Assembly: GCA_963736005.1 (NCBI GenBank)
Contig: CAVTNB010000001.1
Coordinates: forward strand, 1,312,001 to 1,376,000
DNA from: an uncultured Pseudomonadota bacterium
GTDB taxonomy: Bacteria > Vulcanimicrobiota > Vulcanimicrobiia > Eremiobacterales > Eremiobacteraceae
DNA: 64,000 nt
Reading direction: 5' to 3'
Positions 50,732-59,588 of the stretch are shown here, piece after piece (position 1 is the first letter of the stretch; every line of letters begins with the position of its first letter). The notes beneath the pieces are model-generated. The model was not told where the DNA came from and did no database searches. It worked only from the letters and a program-made list of their open reading frames with translations. The position numbers were made by a program, and so were the translations under genes.

Positions 50732-51289
50732 CTAGAGCGGCAGCGTGCTCCAGGTGAGCGCTCGAGGCGTAATGCTCTCCGGGCATAACAGTTCGATCGT
50801 CCGCGTTTCAAATGCGTGTAAGATCACGACCGTGCTCGCACCGCTCTGCGCGCCGCGGTCTGATGCAATGCTCGCCGAAAGCAAGAACGAGACCGGAACG
50901 CCCCTTCGGTTGCTGACCTTTGCGCGGATGATCGGACTTCCCACGAAATCTTTTGTGACAATGACCGGCCCGATCGTGACGCCTACTCCCAACGGGTACG
51001 CACGGGCATCGACAAACTCCGGGGTTTCCGTTCGCGCCCGAACGAGAAAGTCGTGGAGCAATGCTTCGCGGCGTTGGAGCAGCGCGTAGCGAACGCACCG
51101 AGAGAGAGCCGCACTTGAGTTGCGCCCGCCTACCTTTCGTCGCTTTCTTTTGGGGTCGGGCAAAGAAGAAGCGTTCGGAGCGGCCTGGGCGTGAGCCGCA
51201 AAACCCCGCGCGCCGGAAATACCGTCGCAGACTTTTTCCGGGGGCGAAAACGCAAGGGCGGCGAGAAGCGGAAGCATCACTAATGGCAT
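50732..51289 (-). CDS. Hypothetical secreted protein
   Basis: Signal-like MPLVMLPLLAALAFS; beta-rich C-terminus. Fills the gap upstream of rnj. Confidence 0.5.
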   Translation of the reverse strand: MPLVMLPLLAALAFSPPEKVCDGISGARGFAAHAQAAPNASSLPDPKRKRRKVGGRNSSAALSRCVRYALLQRREALLHDFLVRARTETPEFVDARAYPLGVGVTIGPVIVTKDFVGSPIIRAKVSNRRGVPVSFLLSASIASDRGAQSGASTVVILHAFETRTIELLCPESITPRALTWSTLPL

Positions 51290-51331
51290 CGAGGCTTTTA
51301 TCCCGCCTAGCCTTGCCGAGGCAAGGGCGGC

Positions 51332-51361
51332 TTGACAAGCGGCTAACATGCGGACTATAAT
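51332..51361 (+). promoter_or_regulatory. Consensus sigma-70/sigma-A promoter
   Basis: TTGACA-N18-TATAAT upstream of the GntR gene. Confidence 0.8.
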
Positions 51362-51382
51362 TGTCTCAAAACACTAAGACAA
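51361..51382. promoter_or_regulatory. Candidate GntR/YtrA operator
   Basis: Inverted repeat TTGTCT-N10-AGACAA over the expected transcription start. Confidence 0.55.
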
Positions 51383-51767
51383 TAGGACAGAGCCAACGAC
51401 CTCATTATTTCATCTCAACGAATCAAGCGGCATACCAGTCTACCTGCAGTTAAGGGAGCAAATCTTGCACGCCATCTCATGCGGCCAACTGCATCCGGGC
51501 GACCAGCTGCCGACCGTCCGCGAAGTGGCTGTTGACCTGTCCATTAATCCCAATACCGTGAATCGGGCGTACGCCGAGCTCGAGCGCGACGGCACCCTGA
51601 CCAGTCGTCGAGGCAAGGGCACCTTTATCGCAGAGCCCGCAGCTAGCAGCACGCCTAAGCACGACCGGCTCGTGGACATCGGGCGGCGCGCGGTAGCCGA
51701 GTGCCGGATGTTTGGGTTCACGGCGGACGATTTGCTTAGTGCAATAAAACGCTTAAGGGAGGTTTGA
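51378..51767 (+). CDS. GntR family regulator, YtrA subfamily (start codon unresolved)
   Basis: In-frame FHLNESSGIPVYLQLREQI precedes LHPGDQLPTVREVA..INPNTVNRAYAELE..RRGKGTF; short C-terminus. Confidence 0.88.
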   Translation, partial: DNRTEPTTSLFHLNESSGIPVYLQLREQILHAISCGQLHPGDQLPTVREVAVDLSINPNTVNRAYAELERDGTLTSRRGKGTFIAEPAASSTPKHDRLVDIGRRAVAECRMFGFTADDLLSAIKRLREV

Positions 51768-51774
51768 CAAACCC

Positions 51775-52782
51775 ATGCCGACCATCGCAGTCGCTAATTC
51801 CACGGGTGGACCCTCTGCTGCCGTCATCGCCGGCGGTCAGTCCGTTCACCTCGGCAATGCCATCTCATGGTTGCTCGCGATCCTGTGGTTCATCGCCGGC
51901 GTCTGGCTCTTGGCGTCAACCGGATCGATTGTCTATGTTATCGTTGGGATCATCTTGGCATTGCTCTCGCTTGCATCGGTTCAAGTCGCAAAAGCGTGGG
52001 AGAAGGCCATCGTGCTGCGGCTAGGTCGATTCCAGCGCCTCGCAGGCCCAGGCATCTTCTTCATTATTCCGGCTTTCGATAGCATTGCATCGTGGATCGA
52101 TCAACGCGTGCAGACGAGCACGTTCGTCGCCGAGCAGACTCTGACCAAAGATACAGTTCCAGTGGACGTCGACGCCGTGCTCTTTTGGGTTGTCTGGGAC
52201 GCCAAGAAAGCCGCCTTGGAAGTGGCATCGTATCGCGACGCAATCGGTTGGGCCTCCCAAACGGCGCTGCGCGACATTATCGGCACCACGTTTCTCGCCG
52301 ACTTGCTCTCCAATCGCCAGGCAATCGACGCTAATCTCCAGCAAGCGATTGATGGCCGCACTACCCCATGGGGCATAACGGTACAGTCGGTTGAGATCCG
52401 TGACATCAAAATTCCTGAGAATTTGCAAGACGCGATGTCGCGCCAGGCGCAAGCGGAGCGCGAGCGCCAGGCTCGCGTCATTCTTGGCGATGCCGAGCGG
52501 CAAATCGCGGAATCCTTCCTCGAGGCCGCGAAGTCGTACGCCGGAAATCCGGTCGCGCTTCACCTGCGCGCCATGAACATGCTCTACGAAGGGCTCAAAG
52601 AAAGAGGAGCGATGATCGTCGTGCCGAGTACGGCAGTTGAAACGATGGGGCTGGGCGCGATCGCCGGATTAGCTTCGCTGGGGACGGCACAAGGCATCGC
52701 TTCGCCTTTGTCCGGCGCGAGCGCGCCGGGCGGGCCAGACGCCGGCACAACTAACACCTCATCCACAACTGGAGGGTCGTAA
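51775..52782 (+). CDS. SPFH/band-7 (slipin/stomatin-like) membrane protein
   Basis: WEKAIVLRLGRF, LTKDTVPVDVDAV, QTALRDIIG, WGITVQSVEIRD, QAQAERERQAR; GGAGG RBS. Confidence 0.92.
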   Translation: MPTIAVANSTGGPSAAVIAGGQSVHLGNAISWLLAILWFIAGVWLLASTGSIVYVIVGIILALLSLASVQVAKAWEKAIVLRLGRFQRLAGPGIFFIIPAFDSIASWIDQRVQTSTFVAEQTLTKDTVPVDVDAVLFWVVWDAKKAALEVASYRDAIGWASQTALRDIIGTTFLADLLSNRQAIDANLQQAIDGRTTPWGITVQSVEIRDIKIPENLQDAMSRQAQAERERQARVILGDAERQIAESFLEAAKSYAGNPVALHLRAMNMLYEGLKERGAMIVVPSTAVETMGLGAIAGLASLGTAQGIASPLSGASAPGGPDAGTTNTSSTTGGS

Positions 52783-53450
52783 TGTTTCTTGTTGCAGTCG
52801 TTGTTGCAGCCGCGGTGAGCGCTGCAGGGTCTTCCACAGGCGCGGGCACTCCGCCCGATGGCACGTACAATTATTCGATTACACAAGGCGGCAGCGCGAT
52901 TGGAAACAGCACAGTCACGATCAAGAGAACTCCTGACAATATCGCTCTGCATGAAACCGAGACGCTCGGACAGCTGAACTACGTCGTCGACGAAACACTC
53001 GATGCAGGCACGCTCAATCCAAAAACGTACGTCGCGACCTATACCAAAGGAACGGGATCGCAAACTGCGCGCGTTGCGTTCGATCGCACGGGTGCGACCG
53101 TCACTTTTGACGGCATCGCAGGCAATGAATTTTTTGCGTTGCCGGCGGGCGTCAAGAACGCATACGTCCTCGAATCGTCAATCATGACTGGATTTCTCAT
53201 GCTGCCAGCCCAGCTGCACGCGAGCAGAGCGAACCAATTCCTCCAGGTCATGCCAAGTGAGGTTGCCCAGCTCACCGGGCGGGTGAGCGGAGCGACGGCT
53301 GGCCCGCGGCCGGCTAGTTTGCCCTCAAACGATGTATCGCTCTCGATTGGCGGCCGAGTCAGTTTCGATGAATGGTACGATCCGAATACCTACATCTTGC
53401 ACGCGGTTTCCGTACCCATCGAAGACGTGCTTATCCAATTAACAAAATAG
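52782..53450 (+). CDS. Hypothetical secreted beta-rich protein
   Basis: Signal peptide; translationally coupled (TAATG) to the SPFH gene with GGAGG RBS. Confidence 0.75.
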   Translation: MFLVAVVVAAAVSAAGSSTGAGTPPDGTYNYSITQGGSAIGNSTVTIKRTPDNIALHETETLGQLNYVVDETLDAGTLNPKTYVATYTKGTGSQTARVAFDRTGATVTFDGIAGNEFFALPAGVKNAYVLESSIMTGFLMLPAQLHASRANQFLQVMPSEVAQLTGRVSGATAGPRPASLPSNDVSLSIGGRVSFDEWYDPNTYILHAVSVPIEDVLIQLTK

Positions 53451-53475
53451 CGGGTCGGGAGTGCGACTTCGCAGG

Positions 53476-53505
53476 TTGACGCATTAGCAGTCTCGATGCT
53501 ATAGT
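53476..53505 (+). promoter_or_regulatory. Sigma-A-type promoter of the htrA-dnaK operon
   Basis: TTGACG-N18-TATAGT with TG-n extended -10. Confidence 0.65.
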
Positions 53506-53510
53506 GCTAA
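53484..53510. promoter_or_regulatory. CIRCE element (HrcA operator)
   Basis: TTAGCAGTC-N9-TAGTGCTAA versus consensus TTAGCACTC-N9-GAGTGCTAA (one mismatch per arm). Confidence 0.88.
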
Positions 53511-53677
53511 TGTAGGACAGACTTCGGTTCCCGACCGCATCTCGGGACACAGGGGCGACAGGCACGCCCCGGCAACAATTCCGTCATAACGCAGGTAGAA
53601 ATTTAGGCGGTAGTTCTCGCCATAGCCCTCGTGCGAGCTCCCGCCTTTAACAAGTTCACAGGAGTAGAGAAATTAAG

Positions 53678-54886
53678 ATGAGTTCGCAAACCCGCACGTC
53701 GCTCGGCTTCCTTTTTATGGGAGTTCTCGGCGTGCTCATCGGTGCAGTCGTGATCACCCTTCTTGCCCCCAAATTCTGGCCCACGCAACAGGCATCGCTC
53801 AGCTATAATGCCGCGTCGGCAGAACCCCTTGCGCCCATCGGTACGGACAATCTCGAACAGCGCATCATTAAAGTGGTCAAGCAGAGCGAGCCCTCGGTCG
53901 TGCTGATCAAGACCACAGTGCACGGGGTCCAACAAATTTACAATCCCTTCCAAAACGATCCGTTCTTCCGTCAGTTCTTCGGCGACCAGGGCCCCCAAAG
54001 CCAATCATTCACTGTCCAAGCTTCTGGATCTGGGTTCGTCATCAAGCGTGAGGGCGACACAGCTTACGTGGCAACCAACGCCCACGTCGTCTATCATGCA
54101 GACAAAGTCCAGGTCTTGCTCTCGACCGGGCGTCAAGTCGACGCGGAGGTCGTGGGATCGGACGATGACGCGGACCTCGCGATTTTGAAGATTCACGGTT
54201 CAAACTTACCATCCGCGCTGCCGCTTGGTAATTCCAGCGCTTTGCAGCAGGGTCAGTTTGTGCTCGCAATTGGCGAACCGGAATCATTTCAGAACTCGGT
54301 GAGTTTGGGAATCGTTTCTGCAATCCACCGCAGCGGCATCGACGCAGGCGGCGGTGCAGGCTTCCCGACTTTCCACTACAGCGACATGATCCAAATTACG
54401 ACGCCCATTAACCCGGGCAATTCCGGTGGGCCGCTCATCACAACCGGCGGTCAAGTGGTCGGCATCAATGCAGTCGTGGCCGAGGAGGCGCAAGCGATCG
54501 GGTTCTCGATTCCGATCAACGCTGCCGCGCCGGTGCTCGCGGAAATTGAAACGACCGGGCATGGCATTCACGTGCAGCACCCGTTCATCGGCATTCAGAT
54601 GCGCGCACTCAATACGCAGATCGCAAATTATCTAGGCTACAATGGCGCGCAGGGCGTCGTCGTCACGGACGTCGTCGCGCAGAGCCCGGCCGACAAAGCC
54701 GGACTGCAAGCTAGCGACATCATTTTGGAGCTCAATCACCAAAAGGTCGCGAGCGTGGACCAAATCCGCAATGCCATTGCCAAGATGAAGGTGGGAGACA
54801 AAATCACCTTGTTGGTCTGGAGAAATGGCAGTCTGCAGCCCGTCAACGTCACCCTTGGTGACAGGCCGGAGACGGTCCAGGGCTAG
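53678..54886 (+). CDS. htrA: HtrA/DegP-type serine protease with one PDZ domain
   Basis: TNAHVV, DLAILK and GNSGGPL triad; N-terminal TM; C-terminal PDZ. Confidence 0.93.
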   Translation: MSSQTRTSLGFLFMGVLGVLIGAVVITLLAPKFWPTQQASLSYNAASAEPLAPIGTDNLEQRIIKVVKQSEPSVVLIKTTVHGVQQIYNPFQNDPFFRQFFGDQGPQSQSFTVQASGSGFVIKREGDTAYVATNAHVVYHADKVQVLLSTGRQVDAEVVGSDDDADLAILKIHGSNLPSALPLGNSSALQQGQFVLAIGEPESFQNSVSLGIVSAIHRSGIDAGGGAGFPTFHYSDMIQITTPINPGNSGGPLITTGGQVVGINAVVAEEAQAIGFSIPINAAAPVLAEIETTGHGIHVQHPFIGIQMRALNTQIANYLGYNGAQGVVVTDVVAQSPADKAGLQASDIILELNHQKVASVDQIRNAIAKMKVGDKITLLVWRNGSLQPVNVTLGDRPETVQG

Positions 54887-54981
54887 GGACTATGGCCGGG
54901 GGTCCCGGCCGCTACCAATCGAAGCACACCAGGCCGGGATGCACCATATGCCCGGCCTGGTCATCAGAGGAGTAAACAAAA

Positions 54982-56844
54982 ATGGCTAAAGTTGTCGGCA
55001 TTGACCTCGGGACGACCAATTCGGTTGTCGCCTATATGGAAGGCGCGACACCAACGGTCATCACGAACGCAGAGGGAAGCCGGCTCACCCCATCCGTCGT
55101 TGCGTTCACGAAGAGCGGCGAGCGGCTCGTTGGCCAACTCGCGAAGCGTCAAGCGATCACCAATCCCGATCGCACGATTTCGTCGATCAAGCGCTATATG
55201 GGGACCGACCACAAGGTGACAATCGACGGCAAAGCATACACGCCGCAAGAAATTTCGGCAATGATTCTTCAGAAGCTCGCCGCAGACGCGAGTACCTACC
55301 TTGGCGAAAAAGTCACGAGAGCCGTGATCACGGTGCCTGCGTACTTCAATGATGCGCAGCGCCAAGCCACCAAAGATGCCGGCCGCATCGCAGGCCTCGA
55401 CGTCCTTCGCATCATCAACGAGCCGACAGCGGCGGCGCTCGCGTACGGCTTGGACAAGAAGGGCAACGAAACGATTTTGGTCTGGGATCTCGGCGGCGGA
55501 ACGTTCGACGTCTCCATCCTGGAAGTTGGTGACGGTGTTTTTGAAGTCAAATCCACCAATGGCGACACACACCTCGGTGGCGATGACTACGACAAGCGCA
55601 TCGTCGACTGGCTCGTGACCGAATTTAAAAAAGATCAAGCCATCGATCTTGCCAACGATCGCCAAGCGCTTCAGCGCCTTACCGAAGCCGCTGAGAAAGC
55701 AAAAATCGAACTCTCGTCCATGGTGCAGACTTCTATCAATTTGCCCTTCATCACGGCGGATCAGAATGGACCGAAGCATCTGGACTATACGCTCACGCGC
55801 GCTAAATTCGAACAACTGACGGCAGACCTCACCGAGCGCTGCGTCAAACCCTTCGAAAACGCGATCCGCGATGCCAAACTGTCGGTCGAGGACATAAAAG
55901 AGGTCGTCTTGGTCGGCGGCGCAACCCGCATGCCCGTGATTGTGGAACTGGTCAAGCGCCTCACCAAAAAAGATCCAAACCAAAGCGTCAATCCCGACGA
56001 AGTCGTGGCGGTGGGTGCTGCCATTCAAGCCGGCGTGCTTGCAGGCGAAGTCAAGGACGTTGTCCTGCTCGACGTTACGCCGCTCACGCTTGGACTTGAG
56101 ACTCTCGGCGGCGTTCGCACGCCGCTCATCGAGCGCAATACGACGATCCCAACGCGCAAGTCGCAGACCTTTACGACGGCAGATGACGGTCAAACGTCGG
56201 TCGACATCCATGTGCTCCAAGGCGAGCGTGACATGGCGGCCGACAACAAAACGCTGGGTCGGTTCAGACTCGAAGGCATTCCCCCGGCACCACGCGGCGT
56301 ACCGCAAGTCGAAGTGACATTCGATATCGACGCCAACGGCATCACGCACGTGGCCGCAAAAGATCTCGGAACCGGCAAGGAGCAGCGCATCACGATCACG
56401 GCATCGAGCAACCTCAACAAAGATGAGGTCGATCGCATGGTCAAAGACGCGCAAGCTCATGCGGACGATGACAAGCGCAAGCGAGCCGAAGCAGAGACCC
56501 GCAACCAGGCGCAAACTCTCGAGTATTCGGTCGAAAGAACACTGAAAGATCTCGGCGACAAAGTGCCAGCATCTGATAAAGCTGAGGTCGAGAAAGCGCT
56601 CGATAACGTTCGCGCGCTGCTCAAGAGCGGCAGCTCGGACGAACTCAAGCGTGCTGCCGATCGCCTGCAAGAGCTCTCGTACAAGCTCGCGCAAAACGTC
56701 TATCAAAGCACGGGGCAAGCGGCCGGTGACGGGGCGCCCAATGGCGCTCCCGGAGAGCCACAGGGAGCACCGAGCGGCGCGGGCAGCTCCGGTGGCTCGG
56801 GTCCGCAAGGCGATGTCATCGATGCTGAGTACAAAGAGACCTAA
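54982..56844 (+). CDS. dnaK: Molecular chaperone DnaK
   Basis: [37 protein letters not shown]-terminal DVIDAEY. Confidence 0.98.
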   Translation: MAKVVGIDLGTTNSVVAYMEGATPTVITNAEGSRLTPSVVAFTKSGERLVGQLAKRQAITNPDRTISSIKRYMGTDHKVTIDGKAYTPQEISAMILQKLAADASTYLGEKVTRAVITVPAYFNDAQRQATKDAGRIAGLDVLRIINEPTAAALAYGLDKKGNETILVWDLGGGTFDVSILEVGDGVFEVKSTNGDTHLGGDDYDKRIVDWLVTEFKKDQAIDLANDRQALQRLTEAAEKAKIELSSMVQTSINLPFITADQNGPKHLDYTLTRAKFEQLTADLTERCVKPFENAIRDAKLSVEDIKEVVLVGGATRMPVIVELVKRLTKKDPNQSVNPDEVVAVGAAIQAGVLAGEVKDVVLLDVTPLTLGLETLGGVRTPLIERNTTIPTRKSQTFTTADDGQTSVDIHVLQGERDMAADNKTLGRFRLEGIPPAPRGVPQVEVTFDIDANGITHVAAKDLGTGKEQRITITASSNLNKDEVDRMVKDAQAHADDDKRKRAEAETRNQAQTLEYSVERTLKDLGDKVPASDKAEVEKALDNVRALLKSGSSDELKRAADRLQELSYKLAQNVYQSTGQAAGDGAPNGAPGEPQGAPSGAGSSGGSGPQGDVIDAEYKET

Positions 56845-56861
56845 AGGCACGAGGCTGACCC

Positions 56862-57425
56862 ATGGCCGGTAGCGACGAGTTCGACTCGCTCTCGAGCGCA
56901 GCAGTTCCGGGAATCGATGAGGCGCCGACCGACGGCCGGGCGCCTGTCGATCCCGCGAGCGCGCTGCGCGCACAGCTTGACAAAGCCAAAGCAGATGTGG
57001 AAGAACAGCGCAATCTGTATTTGCGCGCACTTGCCGACTTCGACAACTTCAAGCGAAGAACGGAGCGAGAGAACCTCGCCCGATCCGACAGCGCTCGGCG
57101 CAAGCTGCTGCTGCGCGTGCTCGACGTCTTGGATAACTTCGAGCGCGCCGCGTCCTATCGAAAAGCTGGAACGCCTCCAGATCAACTGGTGGATGGCGTG
57201 CTCGCGACGGTCAAGCAACTGGGATCGCTGCTCGAAGCCGAAGGCGTTCGGCCAATTGACGTTGCGGGCAAAGCCTTTGACCCAACGATTTCAGAAGCAG
57301 TGAGCACGCGCGCGCAGGCTGGCAAGCCCGCGAATATGGTGCTCGATGAAGCTCGCAAGGGGTACACCATCGGGGACGACTTGCTTCGCCCCGCGCAGGT
57401 TATTGTCTCGACGGCATCCGAATGA
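56862..57425 (+). CDS. grpE: Nucleotide exchange factor GrpE
   Basis: LRALADFDNFKRR, VLDNFERA, FDP, KGY..LLRPAQV. Confidence 0.95.
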   Translation: MAGSDEFDSLSSAAVPGIDEAPTDGRAPVDPASALRAQLDKAKADVEEQRNLYLRALADFDNFKRRTERENLARSDSARRKLLLRVLDVLDNFERAASYRKAGTPPDQLVDGVLATVKQLGSLLEAEGVRPIDVAGKAFDPTISEAVSTRAQAGKPANMVLDEARKGYTIGDDLLRPAQVIVSTASE

Positions 57426-57437
57426 CGGGCTGCCACT

Positions 57438-58358
57438 ATGCCCGTACAATATAAGGATTATTATAAGACGCTTGGCGTCGCAAAGACTGCGTCGACGAAA
57501 GAAATCAAGTCGGCGTACCGCAAGCTTGCGCGTCAATGGCATCCGGACGTCAATCCGACCAAAAAGAAAGAAGCCGAAGAGAAATTCAAAGAGATCTCTG
57601 AGGCCTACGAAGTTTTAAGCGACGCCCAAAAACGCAAGACCTACGATTCGCTCGGCAGCGACTGGCAACAGCGCGCGAGAGACTTCCAGGGCGGCGGCGT
57701 TCGTTATGGCGCACCGCCCGGCGACGGCGGCGTTCAATTCGATTTTGGCGACCTCGGCGAAGGCGGATTTTCGGAATTCTTTCAAAGCATTTTTGGAGGA
57801 ATGGGCCGTCAGGGCGGTGGCTTCTCGCCACGTGCGCGCCGCAGCCGCGGCGCCGATCTCGAGAGCGAGATCGAACTCACCCTTCGGGATGCGTACTCGG
57901 GCGGCAAGCGGTATTTGAGCTTACCGAACGGGAAATCGCTTGAGGTCCAAGTGCCAGCGGGCGTGCGAGACGGACAGCGCATAAGGCTCGCAGGGCAAGG
58001 TGAGGCCGGTTCGGGCGGTGGCCAAAACGGTGACCTGTATCTCGTCGTGCGTATCACCCCCGATGCGACGTTTCGGCGTGAGGGTGACGATTTGTACGTC
58101 GAGCAACCCACGAGCATGTACACGCTCGTGCTCGGTGGTGAGGTGACGGTGCCGACCATGACCGGGCGAATCAAGGTCAAAGTTCCAGCCGGCTCGCAAA
58201 ACGGGCGCAAGCTGCGCATTCCTGGCAAGGGGATGCCCAAACTCCGGGGGACCGGTCACGGCGACTTGTACGTGACGCTGGTCGCCCAAGTGCCAACAAA
58301 CCTGAGCGAGCGTCAGCGTGAACTTTTCCGCGAACTCGCCGACCTCAACAAATCATAG
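57438..58358 (+). CDS. Class B J-domain co-chaperone (CbpA-like, no zinc finger)
   Basis: J domain with HPD, G/F region and C-terminal domain; no CxxCxGxG repeats. Confidence 0.92.
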   Translation: MPVQYKDYYKTLGVAKTASTKEIKSAYRKLARQWHPDVNPTKKKEAEEKFKEISEAYEVLSDAQKRKTYDSLGSDWQQRARDFQGGGVRYGAPPGDGGVQFDFGDLGEGGFSEFFQSIFGGMGRQGGGFSPRARRSRGADLESEIELTLRDAYSGGKRYLSLPNGKSLEVQVPAGVRDGQRIRLAGQGEAGSGGGQNGDLYLVVRITPDATFRREGDDLYVEQPTSMYTLVLGGEVTVPTMTGRIKVKVPAGSQNGRKLRIPGKGMPKLRGTGHGDLYVTLVAQVPTNLSERQRELFRELADLNKS

Positions 58359-58419
58359 CTCAAGGGCGCCCTCGAAACAGAAACGAACCTTAGCAACGAA
58401 ATCAGGAGGGCATTACCAC

Positions 58420-59574
58420 ATGCTCGCACCAGAGCGCAGCCCCGAAGTCATCGAAGCCGAGAAGATGGTGCTGGACACCGTGCGGCAACTCGTCCAGGAA
58501 AAAGTTGCCCCGCGGGCAGCAGCGATCGATGCCACAGGCGAGTACCCACGCGACATCCGAGAGTTGTTCGCCAAGAACGATCTGCTGGGCATCCCCTTTC
58601 CTGAGGAGTATGGCGGCCTCGGCAGCTTCCTCACCTACGTCAAGGTCGTTGAGGAAGTTTCAAAGGCCTGTGCCACGAGCGCCCTCATCATTGCGGTACA
58701 AGAGTTGGGCGCCCTCCCCATCATGATTGCTGGAAGTGCTGAACAGAAAAAAAAGTATCTCCCGAGACTTGCGAGCGGCGAAATCATGACGTCGTACGCG
58801 TTGAGCGAATCGACCTCCGGATCGGATGCCGCAAACATGCGAACGACCGCCGTGCGCAATGGCGACTCGTACGTGTTGAACGGAACCAAGGTGTTCATCA
58901 CCAATGTGGCGGTGGCCGACCTCTGCATCGTTTTTGCCGCAACGGATACATCGGCTGGACCGAAGGGCATTTCTGCGTTCATCTGCCACACCGACGATCC
59001 GGGCTTTCGTTTGGGCAAAGTCGAGCACAAAATGGGTATCCGAGGATCGCCAACCAACGAGGTCGTGCTCGACAATTGCCGCATCCCTGCCGACCGCTTG
59101 CTAGGAAGCGAAGGCGAAGGGTTCAAGATTGCCATGGCGACGTTGGATAAGTCGCGACCAGGCATCGCAGCACAAGCGCTCGGGCTCGCACAAGGTGCGC
59201 TCGATTTTGCAGCTCGCTACCTTCAAGAGCGAGTTGCCTTCGGCAAACCGCTCGCGAAGCAGCAAGGCTTACAATGGATGATTGCCGATATGGACCTCGA
59301 GACGCAAGCGGCGCGCCTGCTGCTCTATGAATCAGCGCACCGATGCGATATCGGCGCCGATGATGTCACCTACTGGGGTGCGCTGTGCAAACTCAAATGT
59401 GGCGACGTTGCCATGCGCGTGACGACCGACGCGGTGCAATTGCTCGGGGGATACGGATACATGACCGAGTATCCGGTCGAACGCATGATGCGAGATGCAA
59501 AGATCACGCAGATCTACGAGGGCACGCAACAGATCCAGCGAATCGTCATTGCTCGCAAGATTCTCGGTAAATAA
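58420..59574 (+). CDS. Acyl-CoA dehydrogenase
   Basis: YALSESTSGSD, LNGTKVFITN, KMGIRGS, AVQLLGGYGY, IYEGTQQIQR; AGGAGG RBS before the ATG at 58420. Confidence 0.94.
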   Translation: MLAPERSPEVIEAEKMVLDTVRQLVQEKVAPRAAAIDATGEYPRDIRELFAKNDLLGIPFPEEYGGLGSFLTYVKVVEEVSKACATSALIIAVQELGALPIMIAGSAEQKKKYLPRLASGEIMTSYALSESTSGSDAANMRTTAVRNGDSYVLNGTKVFITNVAVADLCIVFAATDTSAGPKGISAFICHTDDPGFRLGKVEHKMGIRGSPTNEVVLDNCRIPADRLLGSEGEGFKIAMATLDKSRPGIAAQALGLAQGALDFAARYLQERVAFGKPLAKQQGLQWMIADMDLETQAARLLLYESAHRCDIGADDVTYWGALCKLKCGDVAMRVTTDAVQLLGGYGYMTEYPVERMMRDAKITQIYEGTQQIQRIVIARKILGK

Positions 59575-59588
59575 GGGGTCTATAAGCC

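Noticed and set aside
56835..56850. REP family A remnant at the dnaK stop (GAGACCTAAAGGCAC)
   Set aside because: Only the 10-nt core matches and the hairpin arms are absent; may be chance.
54964..57030. 688-aa antisense ORF opposite dnaK/grpE
   Set aside because: Long antisense ORFs opposite dnaK are a known codon-bias shadow; no independent motifs.
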